NCBI RefSeq assembly: GCF_037042905.1
Contig: NC_087250.1
Coordinates: forward strand, 8,992,001 to 9,056,000
Length of the DNA stretch: 64,000 bases
Direction of reading: 5' to 3'
Source of the DNA: Lytechinus pictus
Lineage: Eukaryota
Shown here: positions 12,817 through 24,317 of the stretch, in pieces
Position numbering within the stretch: the first letter of the stretch is position 1
Layout: every line of letters begins with the position of its first letter
Made by a program: the position numbers and the translations under genes
Notes under the pieces: generated by a model
What the model was told of the DNA's origin: nothing
The model's input: the letters and a program-made list of their open reading frames with translations, nothing else
The model's database searches: none

Positions 12817-15800
12817 TAGGGTAGCAAGAATGTTGATCAGTGTCCGGTTGAACCTTTCAACCATCCCATCACTCTTTGGGTTGTACGGTGTCGTCCTTGT
12901 CTTTCTGACACCCAGTAATTGACAAACTTCTTGGAAGATGTTGGACTCGAAGTTCCTGCCCTGGTCACTATGTATCTCATTAGGAACTCCATAGCGGCAG
13001 ATGAATTCGTCCACTAGCTTCCGTGCCACTGTTTCAGCTCTTTCATCTGGTATTGCATATGCCTCGACATACTTGGTATAATAGTCAGCTACCACAAGAA
13101 TGTACTTGTTCCCGTCATCAGTAACTGGCAATGGTCCCATAATGTCCAGGGCGATCCTCTCCATTGGATATCCACTCTGCCTCTGCTGAAGCGGAGCTCT
13201 TTTCCATGGTCCTGCCTTCTGTCGGCGAGCGCAGTCTGGACATTGCCTAATGAAGGATCTGACATCTTCCTTCATTCCTACCCAGTAGAAACGCTCCTGT
13301 ACTTTGTGTAGAGTCTTTGTCATACCAAGATGTCCTGCCATGGGAGAAGAGTGTAGGTCTAGTAGCACCTCCGGTATCAGAGCTTTAGGTAGTACATAAC
13401 GCCACCTGACATCTCGCCCATCTCCTGATTCCCACCTCCTGTAGAGAACACCATCTTTGACCTCTAGCTGGTCCCAGTGATCCAGGAGAACCTTGACCTT
13501 AAAAGGATATGCCGTCGCCTCTTCCCGGGATGGCTTCCTCCCTTCCACCAGTGCATTCCTGACTGGATTTATGTTAGGATCTTTCTGCTGGGCCTCTTGG
13601 ATGTCAGCTAGGTTATCATTCCTCAACGTGATAACGTTGATATTCCCAGTGTCTCCTCCATAGATGCAGCCTCCTTCTCGCTTACACTGCCTGCATGGTC
13701 TTCGTGATAGAGCGTCAGCGTTGCTGTGAATCCTTCCAGCTCTGTGTATAATCTCAATGTCGTAGCTTGATATGACTTCCAGCCATCTTGCCAGCTGACC
13801 TTCAGGTTGCCGGAAATTCATCAGCCATCTCAGAGCTCCATGATCAGTCCTCACCTGGACGTGGCGACCATAAAGATACTGCCTGTAGTGTTTGAGGTAC
13901 ACTACTACAGCAAGTAGTTCCTTGCGGGTTACACAGTAGTTCCTTTCTGGTTTGCTTAGGACTCGGCTTCCATAGGCTATCACCCGTTCCTGGCCATTCT
14001 GTATCTGGGAGAGTACACCACCGATACCATCATTGCTGGCGTCTGTGTCCAGAATGAACCTTCCCTCCACAGTAGGGTATACCAGTATTGGAGCCGTGAC
14101 TAGTCTGTGCTTCAGTTCCTCAAAGGCCTCTTGGCAGTCCTGATTCCACTCGAACTTCCGTCCTTTCTCTGCCAGTTGATGCAGAGGTCTAGCAATTCTA
14201 GCAAAGCCTTCAACGAAGCGACGGTAATAAGATGCAAGGCCTAAGAATCCACGGACCTCCCTCACTGACTCAGGTCTGGGCCATGTCCTGATTGTTTCTG
14301 TTTTGTCCTTCTCAGTCGATATGCCTTCTGCAGAGACGACGTGCCCGAGGTATGAAACAGAAGTCTTGAACAAGTTGCACTTCTTTGGCTTCAGCTTCAG
14401 CCCTGTCTGTCTTAGACGTTCAAACACCTGCTGCAGCCTCGCCATCTCCTCATCAATGGATTTCCCGAACACGATCACGTCATCCAAGTAGACCAATAGA
14501 GTCTCCCAGTGCAGTCCTCTCAGTACCTGGTCCATGAGTCTTTCAAACGTTGCCGGGGCGTTGCACATGCCAAAAGGCATAACCTTCCAGGCATACAGTC
14601 CCCCATCTACTAGGAAAGCTGATTTCTTTTTAGCATCTGAGTCAAGCTCTACCTGCCAGTACCCACTAGCAAGGTCCAACGTTGAAAACCATTTGGCTCC
14701 AGAGAGTGCATCAAGGGTCTCGTCGATACGAGGGAGAGGATATGCATCCTTAATGGTAACACTATTCAGTTGCCTGTAATCAACACAGAAGCGTTGGGAG
14801 CCGTCTTTCTTCCTGACTAAGACGATGTTGGCTGCCCATGGACTGTCTGAAGGCTCGATGAGTTCCCTGTCCAGGAGATCATTGACATGCTTCCTGATTT
14901 CATCTCGCTGTCCAAATGGATGTTTCCGTGGCCTCTGTTTGATTGGTCTGGTCTGCCCGGTGTCAACTGTATGCTTCACCAGGTTGGTTTTCCCCAGATC
15001 ATAGTCTCCCTTAGAAAAGACATCCTGGTATGTAGTCAGTAGCTTAGCAATAGGTGCATGGTACTGCTCTGGCACCTCTTGTATACTCCGCTCGTACAAA
15101 TCAGTCAGGTACTCTGGTAGATCAATCTCCTCACTGGAAAGATGAGATGCTCGGATATCTAGTTCTGATACTGCCGACAAATATCCTAGCTCTGTCCCCT
15201 TCTTTATCACACGTTGTGATCCTGTAGGGTTGTATACTCTAACTGGGACTGCTCCATTACTAGTTCTGACGAGGGTCCTGGCCAAGATGATGCCTTTCTG
15301 TGTAAGTTGACGTCTATCATTTGATGCTTCGACCATGCCTGTAACGTCATCTGAAACCCCATCCAGTACTTTTCCTGTAATGATGCCTTCTCGGCCTGCC
15401 GGTATGGTGTACATCTCAGTAGCTATGATGCGGAAGCAAGTTCTAGTGTTGTCATCATGGCGACACTGAACTGAACCCCACTTGGTTTCCATTGTAGCAG
15501 TCTCCAAGTTAAGCCTTGCTCCTAACTGTAGAAGATTATCCATGCCCAAGACTCCATCGCTACAGATATCAGCGACAAGGGTGATCCTTGCCTTCCCCTG
15601 GCCTATTATCACTTCTGTGTGGATCTTTCCATCCACCTCTAGTTGTGAGCCATCTGCAAGCATAACCTTCTCTGTAGTAGCTTGAATCACAGGTTTCTCT
15701 TGTAGTTTCCTATAGCCTGACTTGGAGATGTATGTATCTGTTGCTCCTGTGTCTACCAGAAAACTCAGCTGTGTCCCACCGATAGTGACTGGCACATACA

Positions 15801-16035
15801 TGCCCTTCATAATTCCTTTGTTGATTTCTCCATTGTACCTGGTTGTAACTATTGGCTGTGTGGCATTTGGTATTGAGTGGCTGGTGCTTCCAGGTTCCAC
15901 GGCCGCGCCATGCCCCCCTGGGGCGACCTTACTTCGTTTGTTGAGCTCTGATATTGTTGCTCGGCTTGATGAATCTGAGCCTCGTCTCTCATCCTCTTTT
16001 TGCACTTCCTCTTCATGTGGCCTTTCTTTCCACAA
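12721..16035 (-). CDS. pol: Gypsy Pol polyprotein (protease, RT, RNase H, C-terminally truncated integrase)
   Basis: Motifs FLVDTGA (protease), YLDD (RT), DAS..GGVLSQ (RNase H), HSSPMAGH...CPDC (integrase Zn finger), ALDIMGP/SDQG/VERFNRTL (DDE). The last ~31 aa are read from LTR sequence. The TTG start is probably not used; expression by frameshift from gag is likely. Confidence 0.95.
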   Translation of the reverse strand: MWKERPHEEEVQKEDERRGSDSSSRATISELNKRSKVAPGGHGAAVEPGSTSHSIPNATQPIVTTRYNGEINKGIMKGMYVPVTIGGTQLSFLVDTGATDTYISKSGYRKLQEKPVIQATTEKVMLADGSQLEVDGKIHTEVIIGQGKARITLVADICSDGVLGMDNLLQLGARLNLETATMETKWGSVQCRHDDNTRTCFRIIATEMYTIPAGREGIITGKVLDGVSDDVTGMVEASNDRRQLTQKGIILARTLVRTSNGAVPVRVYNPTGSQRVIKKGTELGYLSAVSELDIRASHLSSEEIDLPEYLTDLYERSIQEVPEQYHAPIAKLLTTYQDVFSKGDYDLGKTNLVKHTVDTGQTRPIKQRPRKHPFGQRDEIRKHVNDLLDRELIEPSDSPWAANIVLVRKKDGSQRFCVDYRQLNSVTIKDAYPLPRIDETLDALSGAKWFSTLDLASGYWQVELDSDAKKKSAFLVDGGLYAWKVMPFGMCNAPATFERLMDQVLRGLHWETLLVYLDDVIVFGKSIDEEMARLQQVFERLRQTGLKLKPKKCNLFKTSVSYLGHVVSAEGISTEKDKTETIRTWPRPESVREVRGFLGLASYYRRFVEGFARIARPLHQLAEKGRKFEWNQDCQEAFEELKHRLVTAPILVYPTVEGRFILDTDASNDGIGGVLSQIQNGQERVIAYGSRVLSKPERNYCVTRKELLAVVVYLKHYRQYLYGRHVQVRTDHGALRWLMNFRQPEGQLARWLEVISSYDIEIIHRAGRIHSNADALSRRPCRQCKREGGCIYGGDTGNINVITLRNDNLADIQEAQQKDPNINPVRNALVEGRKPSREEATAYPFKVKVLLDHWDQLEVKDGVLYRRWESGDGRDVRWRYVLPKALIPEVLLDLHSSPMAGHLGMTKTLHKVQERFYWVGMKEDVRSFIRQCPDCARRQKAGPWKRAPLQQRQSGYPMERIALDIMGPLPVTDDGNKYILVVADYYTKYVEAYAIPDERAETVARKLVDEFICRYGVPNEIHSDQGRNFESNIFQEVCQLLGVRKTRTTPYNPKSDGMVERFNRTLINILATLLFRLPLNTPPPYILGKRNTPRSLHKAILYRL

Positions 16036-17525
16036 TAGTAGCAGCTACCATCAAACTTGTCTGAATTTCCCTGCTTCTGCTGTTGCTTGTCACTAGGTAC
16101 CACAGTCTGAGGTTGTGGCTGTAGTGCAGTCCTGATGGCCTCTACCAATTCTTCCTTCAATGTGGTCATCTCAGCATTACGCTTGGAGAGTTCTTCCTTT
16201 AAGGTAGCTACCATAGCTTTCACTTCTGAAATTGGTTCGGAGGTTGATTCATCTTCCTCATTCTCCTTTGTCATTGCCCTGCTGTACTTGGGTTTCCTGC
16301 TGCTCCGCTGGTCTTCAGAATGATGGAAGGCCTCAGCTACCACTGCAGCATGTACCATATCATCCAATGTCTTACACTGGTTGTTGAACACTGCCTCTCT
16401 AAGCTTGGGTTTCACAAGGGCGTCCATGAAGTGTCCCTTCGCCAATCTGTCCCGAACATCAAAATCCAGCTCTGGATAGGCCGATGATGTGAGCTCTCTG
16501 ATGCTTTGTGCAAGCTCCTTTAGTGTCTCGCCCTCCTGTCTCTGTCTTTGTTTCATCTCTAGTAGATGATTCTCAGCCTGTTTATCGTCTGAGAACCGGT
16601 TGGCAAGCATTCTCTTCAGGTCACTGAAGCCTACTATCTGCCTTTGTTCACGTAGCAGCCTTAGTGCCTGACCTCGTAAGCATGATGCTAGGATCCTCCC
16701 CGCTTCTTCATCATCCCAGCCATTCACTGCTCGGCATGAGTCGAAATGTTGGCTGTAATCAATCCATGATGAACATCCATCATATTTGTCTGGCTTGATA
16801 AAGTGGGTACCCCTAGGCTTCTGTTGGGCATCCTGTGATGACCTTGGTTTTGACGTATGCCCATGTTGGAGTGTATCTTCCAATGCTTGCTGGATTATGG
16901 CCTGGAGCCTACTGTCATCAATTGGAGGGTCTCGCACAGCAGTTGGTTGCACCGCTGGTGATGCCGTTTCCCTGGCAGCATTTTGTACTGGCGAATTAAT
17001 AGGAATGCCTCTCCTATTCTGCCACGTAGTGTTGGATTGGACTTCCTCCTCCTCAGTTGATGATGCTGTTTGTGTAGACCTATCTGTGCTCCCCCGAGTA
17101 CTCAGTTTTCTTCGTCTCCGTCTGGTAGGCTTACTCTGCTCATTAGAGAATGACAGAAGCAGCTTCTCCATCTGTGCTTGCATAGATTTAGCCTGTTGCA
17201 TCATCATAACCTGGGCATTGGCTTGCTGTTTCATCATCTCGTCCTGAGCTAGCTTGGCTTGATTTTTCATCATCTGTGCGATCTCCATCAGAGCCTCGGT
17301 CTTCTGCCTCCTCCTACTGGTAGATAACTTGATTCCAGAATGTGTAGAAACTGATTCATCCCCTGAAGAATTGCTGCCATCTGTTCCAGATGTCCTCACA
17401 TTCTCCATCCCACTTCTGACACCATTTGTGTGGCGGCCCTCCTTCTTGGAACGGGTTCTGGATGCTGGGGGGCCGGCCTGTCCCTTGCCTCTTTCACCTT
17501 CATCCGTTGATGAATTACTAGCCAT
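15849..17525 (-). CDS. gag: Gypsy Gag with CCHC zinc knuckle
   Basis: 558-aa ORF upstream of and overlapping pol; capsid-like KPDKYDG..W..Y..HF....NGW segment; CYYCGKKGHMKRKC knuckle. The start codon is uncertain (17525 lies inside the LTR). Confidence 0.88.
   Translation of the reverse strand: MASNSSTDEGERGKGQAGPPASRTRSKKEGRHTNGVRSGMENVRTSGTDGSNSSGDESVSTHSGIKLSTSRRRQKTEALMEIAQMMKNQAKLAQDEMMKQQANAQVMMMQQAKSMQAQMEKLLLSFSNEQSKPTRRRRRKLSTRGSTDRSTQTASSTEEEEVQSNTTWQNRRGIPINSPVQNAARETASPAVQPTAVRDPPIDDSRLQAIIQQALEDTLQHGHTSKPRSSQDAQQKPRGTHFIKPDKYDGCSSWIDYSQHFDSCRAVNGWDDEEAGRILASCLRGQALRLLREQRQIVGFSDLKRMLANRFSDDKQAENHLLEMKQRQRQEGETLKELAQSIRELTSSAYPELDFDVRDRLAKGHFMDALVKPKLREAVFNNQCKTLDDMVHAAVVAEAFHHSEDQRSSRKPKYSRAMTKENEEDESTSEPISEVKAMVATLKEELSKRNAEMTTLKEELVEAIRTALQPQPQTVVPSDKQQQKQGNSDKFDGSCYYCGKKGHMKRKCKKRMRDEAQIHQAEQQYQSSTNEVRSPQGGMARPWNLEAPATQYQMPHSQ
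17407..17424 (-). promoter_or_regulatory. Primer-binding site complementary to the tRNA-Leu 3' end
   Basis: TGGTGTCAGAAGTGGGAT begins 4 nt after the 5' LTR end and is complementary to the ...AUCCCACUUCUGACACCA end of eukaryotic tRNA-Leu(CAA/CAG). Confidence 0.88.
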
Positions 17526-18065
17526 CTTTGATGCGAGCAGCTTCCTTATAATCTGTATAATATGGCTTTATGTAGAGACCTGGGCGTGTTCCGTTTTCCC
17601 AAAATATATGGGGGTGGAGTGTTGAGGGGTAGTCTGAACAGGTGAAATATAGAAGAACAGGGGATTTCTATTGGAGCTGTATAATCTCTATGGGAAGGCT
17701 AATACTGTAGAAGTCAATCGGATTCCATAGATCACACAGGTTGGAGACGATGATTACATTTGGTGTATGACAACGGTCATAATTTAATTATACATCATTG
17801 TTCAGCATTTGTACAGGTTATCACCATTAACACCGTCACCAATTATCCAGAAATGTATTTGCAGTAGTAGAAATTAAGCGAGCATTGTTCATTTCCAAAC
17901 CTTTTCTTGATTCAGCCCAGTTGGAGAGGAGCGCAGAGAGTTCGTCGTCTGACTCCGACCTCAGCCGCCGTCGAAGTGACGAGATCACTGCGAAACTCCG
18001 CTATTTATAGTCTCCGAGAGCTGCCTTACGCAGTGCGTTGCGTAAGTCGATCATTGAGTTCTAAC
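17429..18065 (-). repeat. 5' LTR, main part (TATA box, R, U5)
   Basis: Ends in CGCCACA next to the PBS; CTATAAATAG on the minus strand at 18001-18010. Continues at 24326-24397 once the insert is removed (reconstructed LTR ~709 bp). Confidence 0.8.
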
Positions 18066-21062
18066 CACTGAACTAGAGATACGTGGAATACGTGTCCCTA
18101 TTCCCAACGTACACAAAGCCGTGCGGCAACGAAGAGCATCGGACTTCACGCTCGACTGAGCGCGCCGCCATTTTGCTAGGTCAATACTGGCTAGTCGACA
18201 AATGCTGCGTGAAGGCAGATGGGAGAAAGGAACGCAAAGAAAGTGTTCCTTGTGCTGTTTAAAGTTTTAGTTTGCTTTGTTACATCATGTAATATATGTT
18301 ATTGAATACTTTCATAACTGAAAATGTTGATTTAGTCACATTTTTGTATTAAAGGGGAGTAAATATACAGACATGAAATCATAAAAACTCGACCTTTTTC
18401 ACGCGCACACTATGACAAAGAAAGGCCCAACAACAACTCTCTCTTATTTCTCCCCTTTATATCATCTCGATCTCCCTCTTTATTATTTTTCCTTTCTCTT
18501 TGGCTTCTTTCTCTCTGATTTTCCTCTTCTTTCTCATCTCTCTCTCTCTTACCTTCCCTTTCTATATATCCCCCTTATATCTCTCTTTTATTTCCCCATC
18601 TCCCTTATATCAAGCCCTCTTATCTCCCTCTCGTCTCGCCTTTCTCTCCTCACCTCTTTCTCATTCCTCGTCATTTCCCCCTTTCTTTCCCTCTCTCGAT
18701 CTCTTTGATCTTCCTCTTCTTTCCATCTCTTCTCGTTGATCGTCTGTTTCTTTTTTTCTCTCCGGCTGCATCTTTACCATTTTGCCTTTCTCATTTCAAC
18801 TTTCTCTATATAAATTTTGAGTAAATATTCCCTTCCCTCCCTCTCATACTGTTCAATCACACATTTAGGGTGAAAAATTGGATAGAAGTTTGAGGACAAG
18901 AAGGTTGTTACTTTTAATGAGCCTTCAAAGTTGGACCTTCGTGTGCTCAGCCATGAAATATCTACTAAGTACAGTGTATATAAAAATGGGCACAATATAA
19001 TTTGAATTCTTATGAAATTTAATTTGGAAGAGCATGGATGTTGCACGACATGTGCTTATACATCAATACACCTTTACATAAAGGAAGGGGTGATGGATAA
19101 ACAAATTCAACTCTAACAAGTTTACTAATTAGAGCACAGATCAGAAAAACAAAGCAATGGTAATTCCATTTAAAAAGTTGTGGCACTAAATTTCGCTTAT
19201 TTTCACATACCAGATAATTATAAGCATATCCTGGTCAGTATATATATGAAATATTCCACATGTCAAAAATTGCACAAAAAGGCCACTACCTCTTGTCAAA
19301 TATTTCCAGGGTGACCAGACGTCCCGTATTTCCCGGGATCGTCCCGTATTTTGCTCCTTTGTCCCGGCGTCCCGACAAACCCTTTCCGGGACACCTATCT
19401 GTCCCGTATTTTTAGAATATTGAACAAAATGTAGTTGATACATTTAAAAGTGACGAATTTTCATCAAATAACCTAACAGATTACGAAGCAGAGACAACAA
19501 TAAATCGATAACTAAACTTTTGCAAAGTTTTGCGGGTGATTTTTATCCTAACCCAATAGGCCTACATTGCAAACGAGCTGGCTTCCTGCCTGTGTGTGGC
19601 AGGCTCTATGCATGTAGGATCGGAGCAGATTCTCAATGGTGCAAACAATCTCACATGATAAACAGTTTTTCCACCAAAATAATCGCAAAATCGGCGGGAA
19701 ATTTTTATGATCATATATTATAGATTATCAGATTACTGATTTAATAGGAGGAACAAGTTTTTTAATTTTCATAACTGGATCTACATGTAGTTGTTTTAGC
19801 TTTCGTTTTGAGTCTTGTTGTGTAGGATGCCGGCGCTGTTTCCTCTAATTTGTAAGTTGACAATGTTTCACTTTGAAATTTTATTCATTTCTAAACCACT
19901 TAGTTTTTCAAAATTTTAAAGATAAAAAACACCAAATATATCATTGTTATTTCTGTTAGATGATTGGATTGCTTTTGTTTGCTTGAAGTTTGAACTTTTC
20001 CTCTTTCATTTTTATTCTTCATCCTTCTATCCTTCCTGCTTGCTTTTTTTGTTCCATCTATCTTTTAATATTTCCTACCTTTCTTTTCTGATCCAGTCTG
20101 TGTGTTAATTTTCTTTCTTTCCTTCTTTCTCTTATCTGCCCTTTTTATCTACTTCCTTCTCCCTTCCTCACGTTTAATTTCTTTTCGTTTTTTCTCTCCT
20201 TCCATTATTTTTTTTTCATTCTCTCATCCCTCCAATCTTTCCTCCCTCTCTTTCATTCTTTCTTTCATTCTTTATTCTATTTTTCCTTCTAATTCTTTCT
20301 TTCTTTCCCTCCCTCCCTTCCTTCCTTCCTTCCCCCTTCATGTTTTCTTCTTTCTTCGTTTCTTTCTTTCAAAGAATGAAAACATTTTTCTTTCCGGCAT
20401 TCTTTGTTTCCCTTCTTTTTCTTACTTTTTCTTTCTCACCTTTATTTTGTCTGTCACACATCTTCCCTTTCTTTCTTTTTCTTTCTTTCTATATTCAATG
20501 AATTCAACGAATGACGGAAACCTTTTTTCTCTTTTATTCTTTCTTTCATCGTCTTTTTAATTATTCTAACTTTCTTTCATGTTTTCCCCTTCATTTTCCC
20601 CTTCATTTCTTTTCTTTCTCTCCTTCATTCTTTCGTTCACCCTCCCTTCCAATTCTTTATATTTTTTTCACAAGTATAATACTGTGTAGCCTTCTTTGAT
20701 TATCTTTTTTTTTTCTGGATTGTCCCGTATTTCATTTTTTGAAATCTGGTCACCCTGATTTAAACCCTTTTTTAAAACTACATGAATTACCAGGTCCCAG
20801 TACATTGTGCATATAAAAATATGTTTGTACATGATTGGCTTAATGACATTAAAATACACTTTGCCACACTAAGTAGTACATCAGTATTAATCTTATATTT
20901 ATAGAGAAAACATATTGCATCTTGCACATACTTTCAATTGCCTTCTACGGCGCGTTCTCGAACAATTGACCTAGCAAAATGGCGGCGGTCACGTGACTTA
21001 TCGAGTTCGCCGGCGATGTTTTGCTTGGGTGAACACGACTTCCACGTATCTCTAGTTCAGTG
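18066..21062 (+). mobile_element. Non-autonomous TIR DNA transposon, copy A (8-bp TSD; P-superfamily-like, tentative)
   Basis: 23-bp TIR CACTGAACTAGAGATACGTGGAA; flanked by GTTCTAAC at 18058-18065 and 21063-21070; no transposase ORF. Strand is arbitrary. Confidence 0.88.
19307..20757. mobile_element. hAT (Blackjack-like) element nested in copy A
   Basis: TIR CAGGGTGACCAGA / TCTGGTCACCCTG, with GTCCCG subterminal repeats; the flanks do not form a TSD. Confidence 0.7.
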
Positions 21063-21070
21063 GTTCTAAC

Positions 21071-24000
21071 CACTGAACTAGAAATACGTGGAAGTCGTGT
21101 TCACCCAAGCAAAACATCGCCGGCGAACTCGATAAGTCACGTGACCGCCGCCATTTTGCTAGGTCAATTGTTCGAGAACGCGCCGTAGAAGGCAATTGAA
21201 AGTATGTGCAAGATGCAATATGTTTTCTCTATAAATATAAAATTAATACTGATGTACTTAGTGTGGCAAAGTGTATTTTTATGTCAGTAAGCCAATCATG
21301 TACAAACATATTTCTATATGCACAATGTACTGGGACCTGGTAATTCATGTAGTTTAAAAAAAAGGGTTTAAATCAGGGTGACCAGATTTCAAAAAATGAA
21401 ATACGGGACAATCGATAAAAAAAGATCATCAAAGAAGGCTACACAGTATTATACTTGTGAAAAACTATAAAGAATTGGAAGGGAGGGTGAACGAAAGAAT
21501 GAAGGAGAGAAAGAAAAGAAATGAAATGAGAAAGAAGAAAGAAAAAAACGAAGGGGAAAATGAAAGAAAGTAAGAATAATTAAAAAGACGATGAAAGAAA
21601 GAATAAAAGAGAAAAAAGGGTTTCCGTTATTCTTTGAATTCATCGAATATAGAAAGAAAGAAAAAGAAAGAAAGGGAAGATGTGTGACAGACAAAATAAA
21701 GGTGAGAAAGAAAAAGTAAGAAAAAGAAGGAAAAAAAAGAATGAAGGAAAGAAAATTGTTTTCATTCTTTGAAAGAAAGAAACGAAGAAAGAAGAAAACA
21801 GGAAGGGGGAAGGAAGGAAGGAAGGGAGGGAGGGAAAGAAAGAATTAGAAGGAAAAATAGAATAAAGAATGAAAGAAAGAATGAAAGAGAGGGAGGAAAG
21901 ATTGGAGGGAGGAGAGAATGAAAAAAAATGGAAGGAGAGAAAAAACGAAAAGAAATTAAAGGTGAGGAAGGGAGAAGGAAGTAAATAAAAAGGGCAGATG
22001 AGAGAAAGAAGGAAAGAAAGAAAATTAACACACAGACTGGATCAGGAAAGAAAGGTAGGAAATATTAAAAGATAGATGGACCAAAAAAAAAGCAAGCAGG
22101 AAGGATAGAAGGATGAAGAATAAAAATGAAAGAGGAAAAAGTTCAAACTTCAAGCAAACAAAAGCAATCCAATCATCTAACAGAAATGATAATGATATAT
22201 TTGGTGTTTTTTAGATATATATCTTTAAAATTTTGAAAAACTAAGTGGTTTAGAAATGAATAAAATTTCAAAGTGAAACATTGTCAACTTACAAATTAGA
22301 GGAAACAGCGCCGGCATCCTACACAACAAGACTCAAAACGAAAGCTAAAACAACTACATGTAGATCCAGTTATGAAAACTAAAAAAACTTGTTCCTCCTA
22401 TTAAATCAGTAATCTGAGAATCTATAATATATGATCATAAAAATTTCCCGCCGATTTTGCGATTATTTTGGTGGAAAAACTGTTTATCATGTGAGATTGT
22501 TTGCACCATTGAGAATCTGCTCCGATCCTACATGCATAGAGCCTGCCACACACAGGCAGGAAGCCAGCTCGTTTGCAATGTAGGCCTATTGGGTTAGGAT
22601 AAAAATCACCCGCAAAACTTTGCAAAAGTTTAGTTATCGATTTATTGTTGTCTCTGCTTCGTCATCTGTTAAGTTATTTGATGAAAATTCGTCACTTTTA
22701 AATGTATCAACTACATTTTGTTCAATATTCTAAAAATACGGGACAGATAGGTGTCCCGGGAAGGGTTTGTCGGGACGCCGGGACAAAGGAGCAAAATACG
22801 GGACGTCTGGTCACCCTGGAAATATTTGACAAGAGGTAGTGGTCTTTTTGTGCAATTTTTGACATGTGGAATATTTCATATATACTGACCAGGATATGCA
22901 TATAATTATTTGGTATGTGAAAATAAGCGAAATTTAGTGCCACCACTTTTTAAATGGAATTACCATTGCTATGCTTTTCTGATCTGTGCTCTAATTAGTA
23001 AACTTGTTAGAGTTGAATTTGTTTATCCATCACCCCTTCCTTTATGTAAAGGTGTATTGATGTATAAGCACATGTCGTGCAACATCCATGCTCTTCCAAA
23101 TTAAATTTCATAAGAATTCAAATTATATTGTGCCCATTTTTATATACACTGTACTTAGTAGATATTTCATGGCTGAGCACACGAAGGTCCAACTTTGAAG
23201 GCTCATTAAAAGTAACAACCTTCTTGTCCTCAAACTTCTATCCAATTTTTCACCCTGAATGTGTGATTGAACAGTATGAGAGGGAGGGAAGGGAATATTT
23301 ACTCAAAATTTATATAGAGAAAGTTGAAATGAGAAAGGCAAAATGGTAAAGATGCAGCCGGAGAGAAAACAAGAAACAGACGATCAACGAGAAGAGATGG
23401 AAAGTAGAGGAAGATCAAAGAGAGAGAGAGAGAGGGAGAGAAAGGGGGAAATGACGAGGAATGAGAAAAAGGTGAGGAGAGAAAGGCGAGACGAGAGGGA
23501 GATAAGAGGGCTTGATATAAGGGAGATGGGGGAAATAAAAGAGAGATATAAGGGGGATATATAGAAAGGGAAGGTAAGAGAGGGAGAGATGAGAAAGAAG
23601 AGGAAAATCAGAGAGAAAGAAGCCAAAGAGAAAGGAAATATAATAAAGAGGGAGATCGCGATAATATAAAGGGGAGAAATAAGAGAGAGAGGGGCATGAA
23701 AGTAGAAATGGAAGAAATAGAAGGGGATGGAGAAAAGGGAGGATAAGAGAGATGGACAGAAGAGGAAAATCAGAGAAAATGAGATGAGATGAATAGTTGA
23801 ATGAGAAGGGAGGTTTAAAAAAAAAGCTAGAGAAAAGGGACATGATTTCTAATCGTTAAAAGATTTTTTTTTAATGCAACCAGCTTGTAGGCCTTTACTG
23901 TTCAGACAAATTGTAGGCCTACTCAGAAAGCAAATTTGTTGTTGGGACTTTCTTTGTCATAGTGTGCGCGTGAAACAGGTCGAGTTTTTATGATTTCATG

Positions 24001-24317
24001 TCTGTATGTTTACTCCCCTTTACATTTTTTTAAATACAAAAATGTGACTAAATCAACATTTTCAGTTATGAAAGTATTCAATAACATATAGTTCATGATG
24101 TAACAAAGCAAACTAAAACTTTAAACAGCACAAGGAACACTTTCTTTGCGTTCCTTTCTCCCATCTGCCTTCACGCAGCATTTGTCGACTAGCCAGTATT
24201 GACCTAGCAAAATGGCGGCGCGCTCAGTCGAGCGTGAAGTCCGATGCTCTTCGTTGCCGCACGGCTTTGTGTACGTTGGGAATAGGGACACGTATTCCAC
24301 GTATCTCTAGTTCAGTG
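21071..24317 (-). mobile_element. Non-autonomous TIR DNA transposon, copy B (inverted relative to copy A)
   Basis: Reverse complement of copy A with scattered substitutions and indels, plus ~250 extra bp (~23690-23936); flanked by GTTCTAAC at 21063-21070 and 24318-24325. Confidence 0.88.
21374..22818. mobile_element. hAT (Blackjack-like) element nested in copy B
   Basis: Same CAGGGTGACCAGA TIRs at the homologous position. Confidence 0.7.

Noticed and set aside
16065..16071. Canonical-looking slippery site G GGA AAT in gag
   Set aside because: The -1 frame hits TGA and TAG within a few codons, before the pol ORF opens.
12604..17641. Complete element with 213-bp LTRs
   Set aside because: No TSD at these ends (ATAC vs GGTG), no PPT, and integrase is truncated. 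The true end with TSD is at 24397.
18278..18284. TGTTACA as an LTR terminus pairing with TGTAACA at 12594-12600
   Set aside because: It lies inside the TIR element (mirrored at ~24098) and gives no TSD.
18412..23843. Duplicated short ORFs (e.g. 18774-19046 and 23077-23349; 19520-19723 and 22422-22625)
   Set aside because: They are duplicated only because of the inverted transposon pair; low complexity, no domain motifs.
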